In this document: piece by piece, positions 29,847-39,479 of the stretch | Layout of the letters: each line of letters opens with the position of its first letter | Numbering within the stretch: the stretch's first letter is position 1 | From: an uncultured Chloroflexia bacterium | GTDB taxonomy: Bacteria > Chloroflexota > Limnocylindria > QHBO01 | Assembly: GCA_963822845.1 (NCBI GenBank) | Contig: CAWGIY010000009.1 | Location: forward strand, 543,631 to 607,630 | Direction of reading: 5' to 3' | DNA length: 64,000 nucleotides | Translations under genes and position numbers: made by a program | The notes under the pieces: generated by a model | The model's database searches: none | What the model was told of the DNA's origin: nothing | Seen by the model: the letters and a program-made list of their open reading frames with translations, nothing else

Positions 29847-31862
29847 CTATCGCGCCGGCTCCCCCATCCAGCGACCGGAGACCGATACGCCACCCTCGGC
29901 ATCGCGGAGGTATTCCAACCGCGTTCGATCAGGCCCGGACACGTTGAGGCTGAAGGTGCCGGCCTCGTCGTCGATGACCGCGGTCCCGGTGAACGGGAGG
30001 CCATCGGTGAAGGCGCAACCGTCGAGGATGACGTCGTAGCCGACGTCGGTCGGCTCGTAGCCGATCGAGCCGCCGTGGAGGCACCCAAAGGCGAGCGGCT
30101 CGACACCGTCCCAGTTCCAGTAGTCCGGGTTGTAGTTGATCTCGTCGTCGGCGGCGAACATCGCATCCATCGGCGTCACGGCATCCGTCAGACGCGCGGC
30201 CGGGAGGGCCACGAACGGATCGGGACTCATCGGCTCACACACCGTCTCTTGGTCCTCGGGGAGCGTCCCGTCGACCAGGAACGCCGTGACGAGGTCGTCG
30301 GGGCAGGCGTTGCCGCGGCCGAAGATGATGTGGGCGCCACCGGGCTGGGTGATCAGGTAGCCATCGCGGGCGTGCTCCAACAGGCGCTCCGCACCGGCGT
30401 ACGGCGTGGCCGGATCGGGGGTCGATGCCAGCACGATGATCGGGAAGGGCGCATCGTCGAGGTAGTCGGGCCGATCGGCCGTTGGGGCCGACACCGGCCA
30501 CGAGACGCACGGCAGGTCGCCGTAGAAGATGCTGCCCATCCGGATGTCGGCAACGCCCGCCGCATCGCCGGCAGCGAAGTAGGCAGCCTCGCTCGCATCG
30601 GTGTCACCGGAGGTGAACGCGTAGTCCATGCACTCGACGGCGTAGTACATCGCGTCCGAGTAGGTCGGGTCCGGGACCGCGCCGAGCGTCTCGGGATCCT
30701 GGCCGAGCGAGATGTACAGCAGCCGAGCAAGCGGGAGCAGCTCGCCGCGCGATGCGTAGGCGATGGCGCGTTGGAGCAGCATCCGGTCGTCGGTGGAGTA
30801 GAGGTAGCCCGCCGTGGCCGTCTCGAGGTCGCCGAGGCCAAGGGTGCGCTGCTCGAGCTCGCCGGTGGCGGTCACGAAGTCGAAGGTCATCGGTCCGCCG
30901 GCCAGGCGGGAGGCGAGGACGTCCCAGGCGGCGAGCGGATGCTCGCCGAGGACATCGTTCGTGCAGAGGTCGTCATCGGCGCAGGCGTCCATCGTGTGGA
31001 CGAGCGTCTCGTCGAAGGCGGCGACCTGCTCCGCGTAGTAGTCGAAGGGCTCGAGCGTCAGGTCGACCGGCCCGTCGACCATGAGGGCCGCCACCCGATC
31101 GGGATGCGCCGATGCGTACGCCTGCACGAACTGCGATCCGTAGCTCTCCCCGTAGAGGTGCATCCGGTCGGCGCCCAGCCAGCTGCGGAATGCCTCGAGA
31201 TCCTCGACCGCCTGGCTCGTCGCGTAGGCGGAGAGGGTCTCCGGCGCGACGCCGAGCTCGTCGACGCAATCGGCGCTGAAGGCACTCGCGGCGTCGGCGT
31301 AGGCCGCGGCCTCGTCGTCGGACAGCGTCGGCACGGCGGTCGTCGTGTACCAGTCGAGGACCGCCTCCGGGCACTGGAGCGGAGCGGACTGGCCGACGCC
31401 TCGTTGATCCAGGAACACGATGTCATAGCGTTCGGTCATCGCCGAGTCGAAGACCGACGTGTACGAGTCCGCGCTGGCCAGCCCGCTCGTCCCGGGACCA
31501 CCGGTGACGGTGACGAAGGTGCCTCTGGCCTCGCCGCTCGCGCGAAGGAGCCCGAACGTGACCTCGATGGTCGTTCCGGCGCCGGGGGCGAAGTGGTCGA
31601 GGGGCACGCGGAGGGTGACGCAGGTGAAGTCGCTGTCGGGGCAGTCGGACTCGTCGACGAGCTCGTACGCCGGAAGTGGGGCCTGAGACCCCGTCGGGAT
31701 CGCCGTCGCGACACCAGGGGTCGCGGTCGCCTGCGCGCTCGGCTCGCTGGTGCGCGACATCACCCAGACGAGGGCACCGGCTACCGCGAGCACGATCAGC
31801 GCACCAAGCCCAACGAGGAGGATGGAGTCGAAGCGGCTCGTTCGCGGGCTGGTTTGTGCCAT
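29847..31862 (-). CDS. Membrane-anchored alpha/beta-hydrolase peptidase (S33, tripeptidyl-aminopeptidase Tap-like).
   Basis: GESYGS nucleophile motif, N-terminal TM, 671 aa. Confidence 0.75.
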   Translation of the reverse strand: MAQTSPRTSRFDSILLVGLGALIVLAVAGALVWVMSRTSEPSAQATATPGVATAIPTGSQAPLPAYELVDESDCPDSDFTCVTLRVPLDHFAPGAGTTIEVTFGLLRASGEARGTFVTVTGGPGTSGLASADSYTSVFDSAMTERYDIVFLDQRGVGQSAPLQCPEAVLDWYTTTAVPTLSDDEAAAYADAASAFSADCVDELGVAPETLSAYATSQAVEDLEAFRSWLGADRMHLYGESYGSQFVQAYASAHPDRVAALMVDGPVDLTLEPFDYYAEQVAAFDETLVHTMDACADDDLCTNDVLGEHPLAAWDVLASRLAGGPMTFDFVTATGELEQRTLGLGDLETATAGYLYSTDDRMLLQRAIAYASRGELLPLARLLYISLGQDPETLGAVPDPTYSDAMYYAVECMDYAFTSGDTDASEAAYFAAGDAAGVADIRMGSIFYGDLPCVSWPVSAPTADRPDYLDDAPFPIIVLASTPDPATPYAGAERLLEHARDGYLITQPGGAHIIFGRGNACPDDLVTAFLVDGTLPEDQETVCEPMSPDPFVALPAARLTDAVTPMDAMFAADDEINYNPDYWNWDGVEPLAFGCLHGGSIGYEPTDVGYDVILDGCAFTDGLPFTGTAVIDDEAGTFSLNVSGPDRTRLEYLRDAEGGVSVSGRWMGEPAR

Positions 31863-32003
31863 GGCGGGCGGATGCTAGAGCATGGCCATCGCCGCCCGGC
31901 CGCCCGCCTTGCCGGGAGGGCGAGCGAGTGTTACAACACGCCGACCGTGCGAGACTAGAGGGCCGCAGACCAGCGGCGCATTCCGGCTTTGGAGGAGACC
32001 TGA

Positions 32004-32933
32004 GTGACTACATTCCGACGCTTCGCGGTCCTGCCGATCGCGATGCTCGTCCTCGCCGCATGTCAGGGAGGCGACGGCGGCTCCAGCCCCACCGATGGCG
32101 GCGACGGCGGCGCCAGCCCAAGCGCGGGCGGCGAGGGCGGGGAAACCGTGTGCGCCGGCGAGACCGATGGGCACCTCGCGCGAGTCTGCGAGGCTGGCGT
32201 CATCGTCGTCTCGACCGATCCCGCCTACCCACCGCAGTCGTCCCTCAACGCCGAGACCGGCGAGTACGAGGGCTTCGACATCGACGTCGCCAACGAGATC
32301 GGCGCGCGCCTGGGCGTCACGGTCGAGTTCACCGATCCGCCCTTCGATGCCGTCCAGGGCGGCAGCTGGTCGGATCGGTGGGACATGAGCGTCGGCTCGG
32401 TGACCATCACCGAAACGCGACAGGAAGTCCTCGACTTCACGCAGCCGTACTACTTCACTCCTGCCCAGATGGCGACGACGGAGGGAACGGGCATCGAATC
32501 GCTCGAGGACTTCTCCGGCACGACGGTCTGCGCCGCAGAGGGAACGACGTACTTCGACTGGATGGAGGGGACCCTCACGCTCACGGCGGAAGCAGGCGAG
32601 GTCACTGATCCGCCGGCGGACATCACCGCCACGACGCTCCCGACCGACATCAACTGCCCCGAGGCGTGGCAGGCCGGTCGCAGCGAGTTCGAGGGATGGC
32701 TGAGCTCGAGCACGACCGTGCAGGGGGCGATCGACGAGGGCTATCCCGTCGTCGCGGTCGGTGATCCAGTCTTCTTCGAGCCGCTGGCGGTCTGCTTCGA
32801 TGCAGCGGTCGAGGACAACGACTCGCTCGTGGAGGCGGTCGACCAGGTCCTCACCGACATGCACGAGGACGGGACCCTGACCGGGTTCTCCGAGGACTGG
32901 TACGGAGGTCTCGACCTGACGACGCAGGAGTAG
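32004..32933 (+). CDS. Amino-acid ABC transporter substrate-binding lipoprotein (family 3 SBP).
   Basis: Lipobox LAACQG. GGAGGAG RBS followed by GTG start. Confidence 0.8.
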   Translation: MTTFRRFAVLPIAMLVLAACQGGDGGSSPTDGGDGGASPSAGGEGGETVCAGETDGHLARVCEAGVIVVSTDPAYPPQSSLNAETGEYEGFDIDVANEIGARLGVTVEFTDPPFDAVQGGSWSDRWDMSVGSVTITETRQEVLDFTQPYYFTPAQMATTEGTGIESLEDFSGTTVCAAEGTTYFDWMEGTLTLTAEAGEVTDPPADITATTLPTDINCPEAWQAGRSEFEGWLSSSTTVQGAIDEGYPVVAVGDPVFFEPLAVCFDAAVEDNDSLVEAVDQVLTDMHEDGTLTGFSEDWYGGLDLTTQE

Positions 32934-32957
32934 CCTCCCGCCACGCGACGCCTACAC

Positions 32958-32999
32958 GACGGGGATGGCCACAATGGCCTCCCCGTCGTCAACTTTCGC
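32958..32999 (+). terminator. Stem-loop GACGGGGA-TGGCCACAATGGCC-TCCCCGTC followed by a T-containing tract. Putative intrinsic terminator.
   Basis: Perfect 8-bp arms with a nested GGCCA/TGGCC. Located 25 nt after the SBP stop. Confidence 0.4.
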
Positions 33000-33017
33000 A
33001 GCAGAAGGACATTCCGG

Positions 33018-33854
33018 ATGAGCGAGGCAGGCGGAGGGGCACACGCGCACAGCGCGATGCTGGCCGAGCACCCTGCGCCGATCGTCGAGGAGATTGCGTC
33101 CGCGCGACGGGCCGATCGAATGCGCCGGCTGCTCATCTTCGCCGCCGTCTGGATCGTTCTCGTCACCGGTCTGGGCTGGTTCCTGTGGACCGCAGGAAGG
33201 GTCGAATGGGAGTTCATCGTCGGCAGCGGCCCGTACATCCTCGGCGGGATCTGGATCACGATCCTCGTGTCGGTCCTCTCGATCGTGCTCGCCACGGCGT
33301 TGGCGATCGCCGGCGCCCTGGGCCGGCTCAGCAGGAACCCCGTCATCTACGCGATCGCGACGCTGTACGTCTCGATCGTGCGCGGCACGCCGTTGCTCGT
33401 CCAGATCATCTTCGTCTTCTATGCACTGCCCCAGGCGGGCATCGTCCTCGACCCGATTCCGACGGGCGTCGTCGCCCTCGGCTTCAACTACGGCGCGTAC
33501 ATGACGGAGATCTTCCGGGCCGGCATCCAGGCCGTGCCCCGTGGACAGTCGGAGGCCGCCCAGGCGCTGGGCATGCGCGAGGGGCACGCGTTCCGTCGCA
33601 TCGTGCTGCCGCAGGCGGTCCGCATCGTGATCCCGGCGATCGGCAACGAGTTCATCGCGATGATCAAGGACAGCTCGCTCGTCTCGATCATCACCGTCCA
33701 GGAGCTCCTCTGGCGCGCGCAGAACATCGGCAGGGCCGAGTTCCAGACGATCCCGGCCCTGGTCATCGCCGCCCTTGCCTATTGGATGCTGACGATCGTC
33801 TTCAGCCTCTTCCAGGATCGGCTCGAACGGCGCCTCCGCCGGAGTGACCAGTGA
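33018..33854 (+). CDS. Amino-acid ABC transporter permease (HisM/GlnP family).
   Basis: EAA-loop region (...GAYMTEIFRAGIQAVPRGQSEAAQALGM...). Confidence 0.85.
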   Translation: MSEAGGGAHAHSAMLAEHPAPIVEEIASARRADRMRRLLIFAAVWIVLVTGLGWFLWTAGRVEWEFIVGSGPYILGGIWITILVSVLSIVLATALAIAGALGRLSRNPVIYAIATLYVSIVRGTPLLVQIIFVFYALPQAGIVLDPIPTGVVALGFNYGAYMTEIFRAGIQAVPRGQSEAAQALGMREGHAFRRIVLPQAVRIVIPAIGNEFIAMIKDSSLVSIITVQELLWRAQNIGRAEFQTIPALVIAALAYWMLTIVFSLFQDRLERRLRRSDQ

Positions 33855-34720
33855 CCGATTCGCCGCTCGCTGATCGATCGATCCCGGACTTCGGCGCGCG
33901 GCCGGCCTCGGCCACCAGCGGGTACGACAAGGGGTCGATCCTGCCGACGCATGTCGGCGAGCCGATCGTGCGCATCGGTGCGCTCGAGAAGTACTTCGGC
34001 ACGAACCACGTGCTTCGCGGCGTCGACCTGGAAGTGCGCCAGCGCGAGGCGGTGATGGTCATCGGCCGATCCGGCTCGGGCAAGACCACCCTGCTGCGCT
34101 GTATCAACTTCCTCGAGGAGCCGACCGCGGGCTGGGTCGAGGTCGACAAGGTCCGCCTTGAGGCAGACCCGCTCCATGCCCGGAACCGGAAGCACCAGGA
34201 GGAGATCCGCCAGATTCGCCTGCGCGCCGGGATGCTCTTCCAGGACTTCAACCTGTTCCCCCACATGACGGTGCTCGGCAACTGCATCGAGGCTCCGACG
34301 CGGGTGCTCAAGCAGCCGACGGCGGTGGCGGTCCAGCGCGCCGAGTACTACCTCGAGGTGGTCGGCCTCATCGAGAAGCGCGACGAGTACCCGTCCCGCC
34401 TGTCGGGCGGCCAGAAGCAGCGCGTCGCCATCGCCCGTGCGCTGTGCATGGAGCCCAAGGTTCTCCTCTTCGACGAGCCGACGTCGGCACTGGACCCCGA
34501 GCTCATCGGCGAGGTGCTGCACGTCATGGAGGACCTCGCCCACGGCGGCACGACGATGATCGTGGTGACCCACGAGATGCACTTCGCCCAGGAGGCCGCC
34601 GACCGCGTCGTGTTCATGGAGGAGGGCCGGGTCATCGAGCAGGGGCCGCCGGAGCAGGTGCTCAACGACCCGCGCCACGAGGCGACGACGCACTTCCTGC
34701 GCCGCTTCCTCGATCGGTAG
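33851..34720 (+). CDS. Amino-acid ABC transporter ATP-binding protein.
   Basis: GRSGSGKTT, LSGGQKQRVAIARAL and LLFDEPTSALD. ATGA overlap with the permease. Confidence 0.9.
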   Translation: MTDSPLADRSIPDFGARPASATSGYDKGSILPTHVGEPIVRIGALEKYFGTNHVLRGVDLEVRQREAVMVIGRSGSGKTTLLRCINFLEEPTAGWVEVDKVRLEADPLHARNRKHQEEIRQIRLRAGMLFQDFNLFPHMTVLGNCIEAPTRVLKQPTAVAVQRAEYYLEVVGLIEKRDEYPSRLSGGQKQRVAIARALCMEPKVLLFDEPTSALDPELIGEVLHVMEDLAHGGTTMIVVTHEMHFAQEAADRVVFMEEGRVIEQGPPEQVLNDPRHEATTHFLRRFLDR

Positions 34721-34723
34721 GGC

Positions 34724-36448
34724 TTACTCGAGCAGCCGCTCGGCGGTGACCTCGAGGGGACGCTCGGCCCACTCGCGCAGCTCGGCCGGGACGGGCGGGA
34801 CGGCCACCGTCCACGGGTCCATCCGCGCGTCCAGGTGGACGTTGACCTGGAGCGCCGGGTCGAGCTCCGGGAAGTCGGTCCGGATCTGCGAACCGCGGGT
34901 CTCGCGACGCTCGATGGCGCTGAGGAGCGTGGCCTCCGCGGCGACGAGGCCGGCGCGCAGGTCGAGAGCGTGCGCCAGGTCGGCCCACCCCTCCGCACCC
35001 GGCCGCACGTCGACGCTCGCCGCGGCCTCGCGGATGGCGGCCAGCTCGCGCAGGCCGTCGCGCAGCCCTTCCTCGTTCCGGACGACCCCGCACTTCTCCC
35101 ACATGAGGTCGCGCAGCCGTCGCTGAAGCGGCCGGCCGAGCTCCTCGCCGGGGCGCGTCAGCTCATCGAGCTCGTCGAGCGCGGCGCCGATCGCGCTGCG
35201 TGATCGGCTGAAGACCTCGCGCTCGAGGGAGAAGGCGGCCGCCGCCTCACCGGCGTGCCTGCCCGAGATCAGCGCCTCGCCCAGCGAGTTGCCGCCGAGC
35301 CGGTTCGCGCCGTGGAGCCCGCCCACGCACTCCCCCGCGGCGTAGAGGCCGTGGACCTCCGTGGCGTGGGTCTCGGGATCGACGACGATGCCACCCATGC
35401 TGTAGTGGGCGGTCGGCGCGACCTCCATCGGCTCGCGCGAGATGTCGAGCATCTGCCACTCGATGAACTGGCGGTACATCCGCGGCAGCTTCTCGGCGAT
35501 GTACGCCTTTGGGCGATGGCTGATGTCGAGGAAGACGCCGCCATGTGGCCCGCCGCGTCCCTCGGCGATCTCGGTGTAGTTGGCGAGGGACACGCGGTCG
35601 CGCGAGCTCAGCTCGAGCCGATCGGGGTCGTACCGCTCCATGAAGCGCTCGCCGAGGGCGTTCCGGAGAAGGCCACCCTCGCCACGGACGGCCTCGGTCA
35701 CGAGCGTGCCGGCGGCCTCCTCGGGGTGGACCATGCCGGTCGGATGGAACTGGACGAGCTCCATGTCCATGAGGCGGCAACCCGCATCGAGCGCCAGGCG
35801 CAGGCCGTCGCCGTAGTTCTCGTCGCGACGCGACGAGCTGCGTCGCCAGAGGCGGGTGTGGCCGCCGGTCGCCAGGATGACCGCATCGGCCAGGTACACC
35901 GTGCGATCGCCGGTGACGAGGTCGAAGGCCAGGGCGCCGAAGCAGGTGCCATCGGCCACGAGGAGTCGCGAGACGTAGTGGTCCTCGTCGACGCGGATGC
36001 CCAGCTCACGACCCCTGCCCGCGACCGTGCGCTGGATCGCGCGGCCGGTGTAGTCGCCCGCATAGCAGGTTCGTCGCCATCGGTGCGCGCCGAAGAACCG
36101 CTGGTCGAGCTCCCCGTCGGGCGTGCGCGCGAACTCGCAGCCCCAGTCGGCCAGCTCCCGCACGATGGCCGGCGACTCGCGAGCCAGCATCTCGATCATC
36201 CCCGGGTTCCCGAGGAAGTAGCCCTCACGCCACGTGTCGGCGAAGTGCTGCTCCCAGGAGTCCTCGGGGTCCCGCGTTCCGAGCGCCGCATTGATGCCGC
36301 CGGACGCGAGCACGGTATGGGCGTCGAGGTGTGGCCGTTTGCCGAGCATCAGCGCCTCGGCGCCCGACTCGGTGGCGGCGATCGCCGCGCGCCATCCGGC
36401 GGCGCCGGTGCCGATCACCAGGACGTTGGCGGACTCGGTTCGGTGCAT
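34724..36448 (-). CDS. FAD-dependent oxidoreductase of the SdhA/FrdA/NadB (L-aspartate oxidase) flavoprotein family.
   Basis: FAD dinucleotide motif VLVIGTGAAG, HYSMGG active-site region and a C-terminal helical domain. No Fe-S subunit gene is adjacent. Confidence 0.75.
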   Translation of the reverse strand: MHRTESANVLVIGTGAAGWRAAIAATESGAEALMLGKRPHLDAHTVLASGGINAALGTRDPEDSWEQHFADTWREGYFLGNPGMIEMLARESPAIVRELADWGCEFARTPDGELDQRFFGAHRWRRTCYAGDYTGRAIQRTVAGRGRELGIRVDEDHYVSRLLVADGTCFGALAFDLVTGDRTVYLADAVILATGGHTRLWRRSSSRRDENYGDGLRLALDAGCRLMDMELVQFHPTGMVHPEEAAGTLVTEAVRGEGGLLRNALGERFMERYDPDRLELSSRDRVSLANYTEIAEGRGGPHGGVFLDISHRPKAYIAEKLPRMYRQFIEWQMLDISREPMEVAPTAHYSMGGIVVDPETHATEVHGLYAAGECVGGLHGANRLGGNSLGEALISGRHAGEAAAAFSLEREVFSRSRSAIGAALDELDELTRPGEELGRPLQRRLRDLMWEKCGVVRNEEGLRDGLRELAAIREAAASVDVRPGAEGWADLAHALDLRAGLVAAEATLLSAIERRETRGSQIRTDFPELDPALQVNVHLDARMDPWTVAVPPVPAELREWAERPLEVTAERLLE

Positions 36449-36506
36449 GCGCAAAGGCTACGCCGCTGAGCGATCTCTCACACCGGGGAGGTCCGGACCC
36501 GCGGAC

Positions 36507-36983
36507 CTATCGGTCCGACTGCGGTCGAAGCCCGTAGACCTGGGCGCGGGGCAGGCGCGCAGCCTCGTCCCCCGCCCGGACGTGTTCCTTGGCCACCGCC
36601 AGCGCCGTCGGCTTGTCGGCGGGCTTGCCGCCCTCGTGCTCGAGCAGCCACTTCAGGCCGACCTGCGTGAGCGTCGCGCCGCCGGCGGCCCCCGGCTCGA
36701 TGAACGGCACGACGACCATCCGTCGCCGCCCGAGGTCCTCGACCGCGAGCTGCACGCGATACGGATCCACCTGCAGCTCGGCGGCCAGCGGCGTGAGGTC
36801 GACGGTCTGGTTCGGGTAGCGGCGGAGGAGACGCAGGATGGCGGCGTCGAGCTGGACCCCGTCGACGGGCGCCTCGGTGGCCGGCGGCACCGTCGCGGTC
36901 TTGGCGGCGGCCTTGCGGCGCGGGCGAACCGTCGAACCCGGGTCGCCCGGCTGTGCCGGCTTGGCGGCGCGCTTCGTGATCAT
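36507..36983 (-). CDS. Hypothetical protein (158 aa), possibly winged-helix-like.
   Basis: Start at MITKRAAKP. The upstream part of the ORF has poor coding character. Confidence 0.4.
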   Translation of the reverse strand: MITKRAAKPAQPGDPGSTVRPRRKAAAKTATVPPATEAPVDGVQLDAAILRLLRRYPNQTVDLTPLAAELQVDPYRVQLAVEDLGRRRMVVVPFIEPGAAGGATLTQVGLKWLLEHEGGKPADKPTALAVAKEHVRAGDEAARLPRAQVYGLRPQSDR

Positions 36984-37028
36984 CGGCCGAAGGATAGCAA
37001 CCGGTGCGACGCGTAGACTGCCGCGAGC

Positions 37029-37898
37029 GTGACCGAGATCGACCCGTACGTCGTCCTGGGCGTGCCCCGCACCGCGACCCGCAGCGAGATCGCGCGCGCC
37101 TTCCGCGCGCTGGCTCGCCTCTACCACCCCGATGCCGGCGCCCCGGCCTCGAAGCGGATGATCCAGATCAACGAGGCCTGGCACGTCCTCTCGGACGCGA
37201 GCCGCCGAGCGAAGTGGGACCGCGAGCACATCGTCGTCGAGCCAGCGCCGTGGCGCTTGCCGGACCCGGCCGAGCCGCCATCACGGCGGCGAGCGCCGAC
37301 GCCTCCACCGGCGCCGCCGAGACCGATGGAGACGCCGCAGCGCATCGCGGGTGTGGCGATCGGTGTGCTGGCGGTGGTCGCCGTGATCGTCGCGGCACTG
37401 ACCCTGTCGGCCGGACCGCCGGCGGAAGTCAACAGCTTCGACTCCGAAGATGTCAGCTTCACCTATCCGACCGATTGGTCGCTCCACGAGGGCGAGCCCG
37501 GCCAGGACCCCGCGCAGCGCGTGATCGCCCACCTCGTGACGTTTCCCGTCTCCGATGACGAGGTCTGCACGAACTTCGACGACCCATGCCCCTGGACCGG
37601 CGAGGGGATGCCGGCCGCGGGGGCATCGGTCGTGATGTCGGCATGGGAGGGCGGAACGCCGCGCATCTCGGATCCAGAGGACCTCGATGCCGGCGAGATC
37701 GGCGGCGCGCCCGCCGCGTTCCGGATCGAGCGTTCCGGGCGGCGCGAGACCGTCGCGTGGTGGCAGCTCAGCCCGCCGGGCTTCCCGGACCGATGGATCG
37801 AGGTCCGCGCCGACATCGCCGGGCTCCAGACCGAGCGCCAGGACTTCTTCGACGAGATCGTCGAGGTGCTCGAGTCACTGGAGTTCGCGCAGCCCTAG
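37029..37898 (+). CDS. J-domain protein with a TM segment and a C-terminal extracytoplasmic-type domain (paralogue of 18955-19494).
   Basis: DPYVVLGV...HPD motif and a TM helix. Confidence 0.7.
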   Translation: MTEIDPYVVLGVPRTATRSEIARAFRALARLYHPDAGAPASKRMIQINEAWHVLSDASRRAKWDREHIVVEPAPWRLPDPAEPPSRRRAPTPPPAPPRPMETPQRIAGVAIGVLAVVAVIVAALTLSAGPPAEVNSFDSEDVSFTYPTDWSLHEGEPGQDPAQRVIAHLVTFPVSDDEVCTNFDDPCPWTGEGMPAAGASVVMSAWEGGTPRISDPEDLDAGEIGGAPAAFRIERSGRRETVAWWQLSPPGFPDRWIEVRADIAGLQTERQDFFDEIVEVLESLEFAQP

Positions 37899-38179
37899 GC
37901 GATCGTCGCGGCCAGGCGACGAGCGGAAGCTCATCGGCGGCGCCTAGTCCCGATAGATCGAGCGTTCTTCACGTGAACCGCTCCTGCCGAGCCGTTTCCG
38001 CGGTTCAGCGAGGACCCCGCCGCACGAGCTGCGCGGCTGCGCGACGGTCCTGCGCCCCGGCCTTCGATCCAGCGCGGAATCGCCGCGCGACACGGCCGTC
38101 CCGCGAGATTCCCTCGGTGTAGCGCGACGGCCGGAGCGTAAGGTGTCGTTACACAAGGCCGTAACCGAGGCAACCGACC

Positions 38180-38560
38180 GTGACCGGCAACGACACGTTC
38201 TTCGTCCAGCGCATGGGGACCGAACAGGGCCCCTACGGCGTTCCCGAGCTCCTCGCGCAGGTGAAGTCCGGCGATGTCCGCCAGGACACCATGGTCCGTC
38301 TTGCATCGGGCGCGGAGGGCAACTGGTTTCGCGCGGTCGAGATCCCCGGCCTCTATTCCGACAAGGACTGGTTGGTCACCCTGCTGATCTCCTTCTTCGT
38401 CGGCGTCTTCGGGATCGACCGGTTCTATCTCGGCTACACCGGGCTCGGCATCCTCAAGCTCGTCACGCTCGGCGGATGTGGCATCTGGGCGCTCGTCGAC
38501 CTGATCCTCATCGTCATCGGCAACATGACCGATGCGCAGGGGCGCCCGCTGCGCCGATAG
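38180..38560 (+). CDS. TM2 domain membrane protein with an N-terminal DUF4339/GYF-like domain.
   Basis: TM2 signature ...[36 protein letters not shown]... Confidence 0.7.
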   Translation: MTGNDTFFVQRMGTEQGPYGVPELLAQVKSGDVRQDTMVRLASGAEGNWFRAVEIPGLYSDKDWLVTLLISFFVGVFGIDRFYLGYTGLGILKLVTLGGCGIWALVDLILIVIGNMTDAQGRPLRR

Positions 38561-38561
38561 C

Positions 38562-38945
38562 GTGACGCCGAGCTCGCGCCTGGGCCTCATCGGCCTGGCC
38601 GTTGCGGTTGGCGCGCTTCTGCCCCGCGCCGCCCTCACCCACCTCCCGACGACCTGCCCGATCCGCCGTATCACCGGCTACCCGTGCCCGGCGTGCGGGA
38701 TGGTGCGATCGTGGCACTCGGTCCTGCGGCTCGACCCGGCGCAGGCCGTTCGCGATCACCCGTTCGGACCGATCGCCCTCGCCGGAATCGCCGCCGAAGC
38801 ATGGCGCCCCGGCATCCTCGAGCGCGAGATGGGCCGAGCACGCGGGTTGCCGCCGGTCGTGCAGGTTGGCGCGCTGGGCGCGTGGTTTGCCTGGTGGGCG
38901 TCCCGACTGATCCAGACCCGCCGCGCGAGGTCGCAGCGCCCTTGA
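38562..38945 (+). CDS. DUF2752-family small membrane protein.
   Basis: CPIRRITGYPCPACGMVR motif. GTG start 2 nt after the TM2 gene stop. Confidence 0.6.
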   Translation: MTPSSRLGLIGLAVAVGALLPRAALTHLPTTCPIRRITGYPCPACGMVRSWHSVLRLDPAQAVRDHPFGPIALAGIAAEAWRPGILEREMGRARGLPPVVQVGALGAWFAWWASRLIQTRRARSQRP

Positions 38946-38949
38946 CGCG

Positions 38950-39468
38950 ATGTCGTTTGCGCGCGCGGCCTATTCGAGGTGCATGCACGTGACCCTGTGG
39001 GTGGTGAAGGGCGGGCGTGGCGGCATCCGGGAGGAGCGGTTTCGGGCCCGATCCGTCATCGGCATCGGGTGGGGCGAAGTCGGCGATCTGTCGCAGTACC
39101 CGGATCGTGACGCGCTGCGGGCCGCGTACCGCGGGTCGCATCCGGAACGGCCGGAGGGTCACGTCAACACCCAGGCGGCCCAGCTGTGGGCCTTCGGCCA
39201 TCGGATGCAGATCGGCGACCCGGTGGTCGTGCCGTTCCTGGGACAGCCGGTGATCGCGATCGGTGAGATCACCGGTCCATACCGATGGGCCCCCGATGGC
39301 GACCCGGACATGCCGCACGTCCGCGAGGTGACTTGGCGCGTTACCGATCTGCCGCGCGTCGCCTTCGACCCCGACCTGCGCTTCTCGTTCGGCGGCTCGG
39401 TTACGGTCTGCTCCGTCACTCGCAACCACGCCGAGCCAAGGGTCCGCGCGATGATCGACGACCTTTAG
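38950..39468 (+). CDS. Hypothetical cytoplasmic protein of 172 aa, possibly PUA-like/EVE-type (weak).
   Basis: Good codon bias. Assignment rests on weak pattern resemblance only. Confidence 0.4.
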   Translation: MSFARAAYSRCMHVTLWVVKGGRGGIREERFRARSVIGIGWGEVGDLSQYPDRDALRAAYRGSHPERPEGHVNTQAAQLWAFGHRMQIGDPVVVPFLGQPVIAIGEITGPYRWAPDGDPDMPHVREVTWRVTDLPRVAFDPDLRFSFGGSVTVCSVTRNHAEPRVRAMIDDL

Positions 39469-39479
39469 GGGCGCGCCGA

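Noticed and set aside
31863-32003. Possible riboswitch in the leader of the amino-acid ABC transporter operon.
   Set aside because: No match to any riboswitch consensus I can recall (glycine, lysine, SAM, TPP). It is most likely an ordinary divergent promoter.
37974-38007. Hairpin TGAACCGC-N18-GCGGTTCA downstream of the J-domain gene as a terminator.
   Set aside because: It has no U-tract and sits 76 nt past the stop. I kept it only as a note; it could equally be an operator for the TM2 operon.
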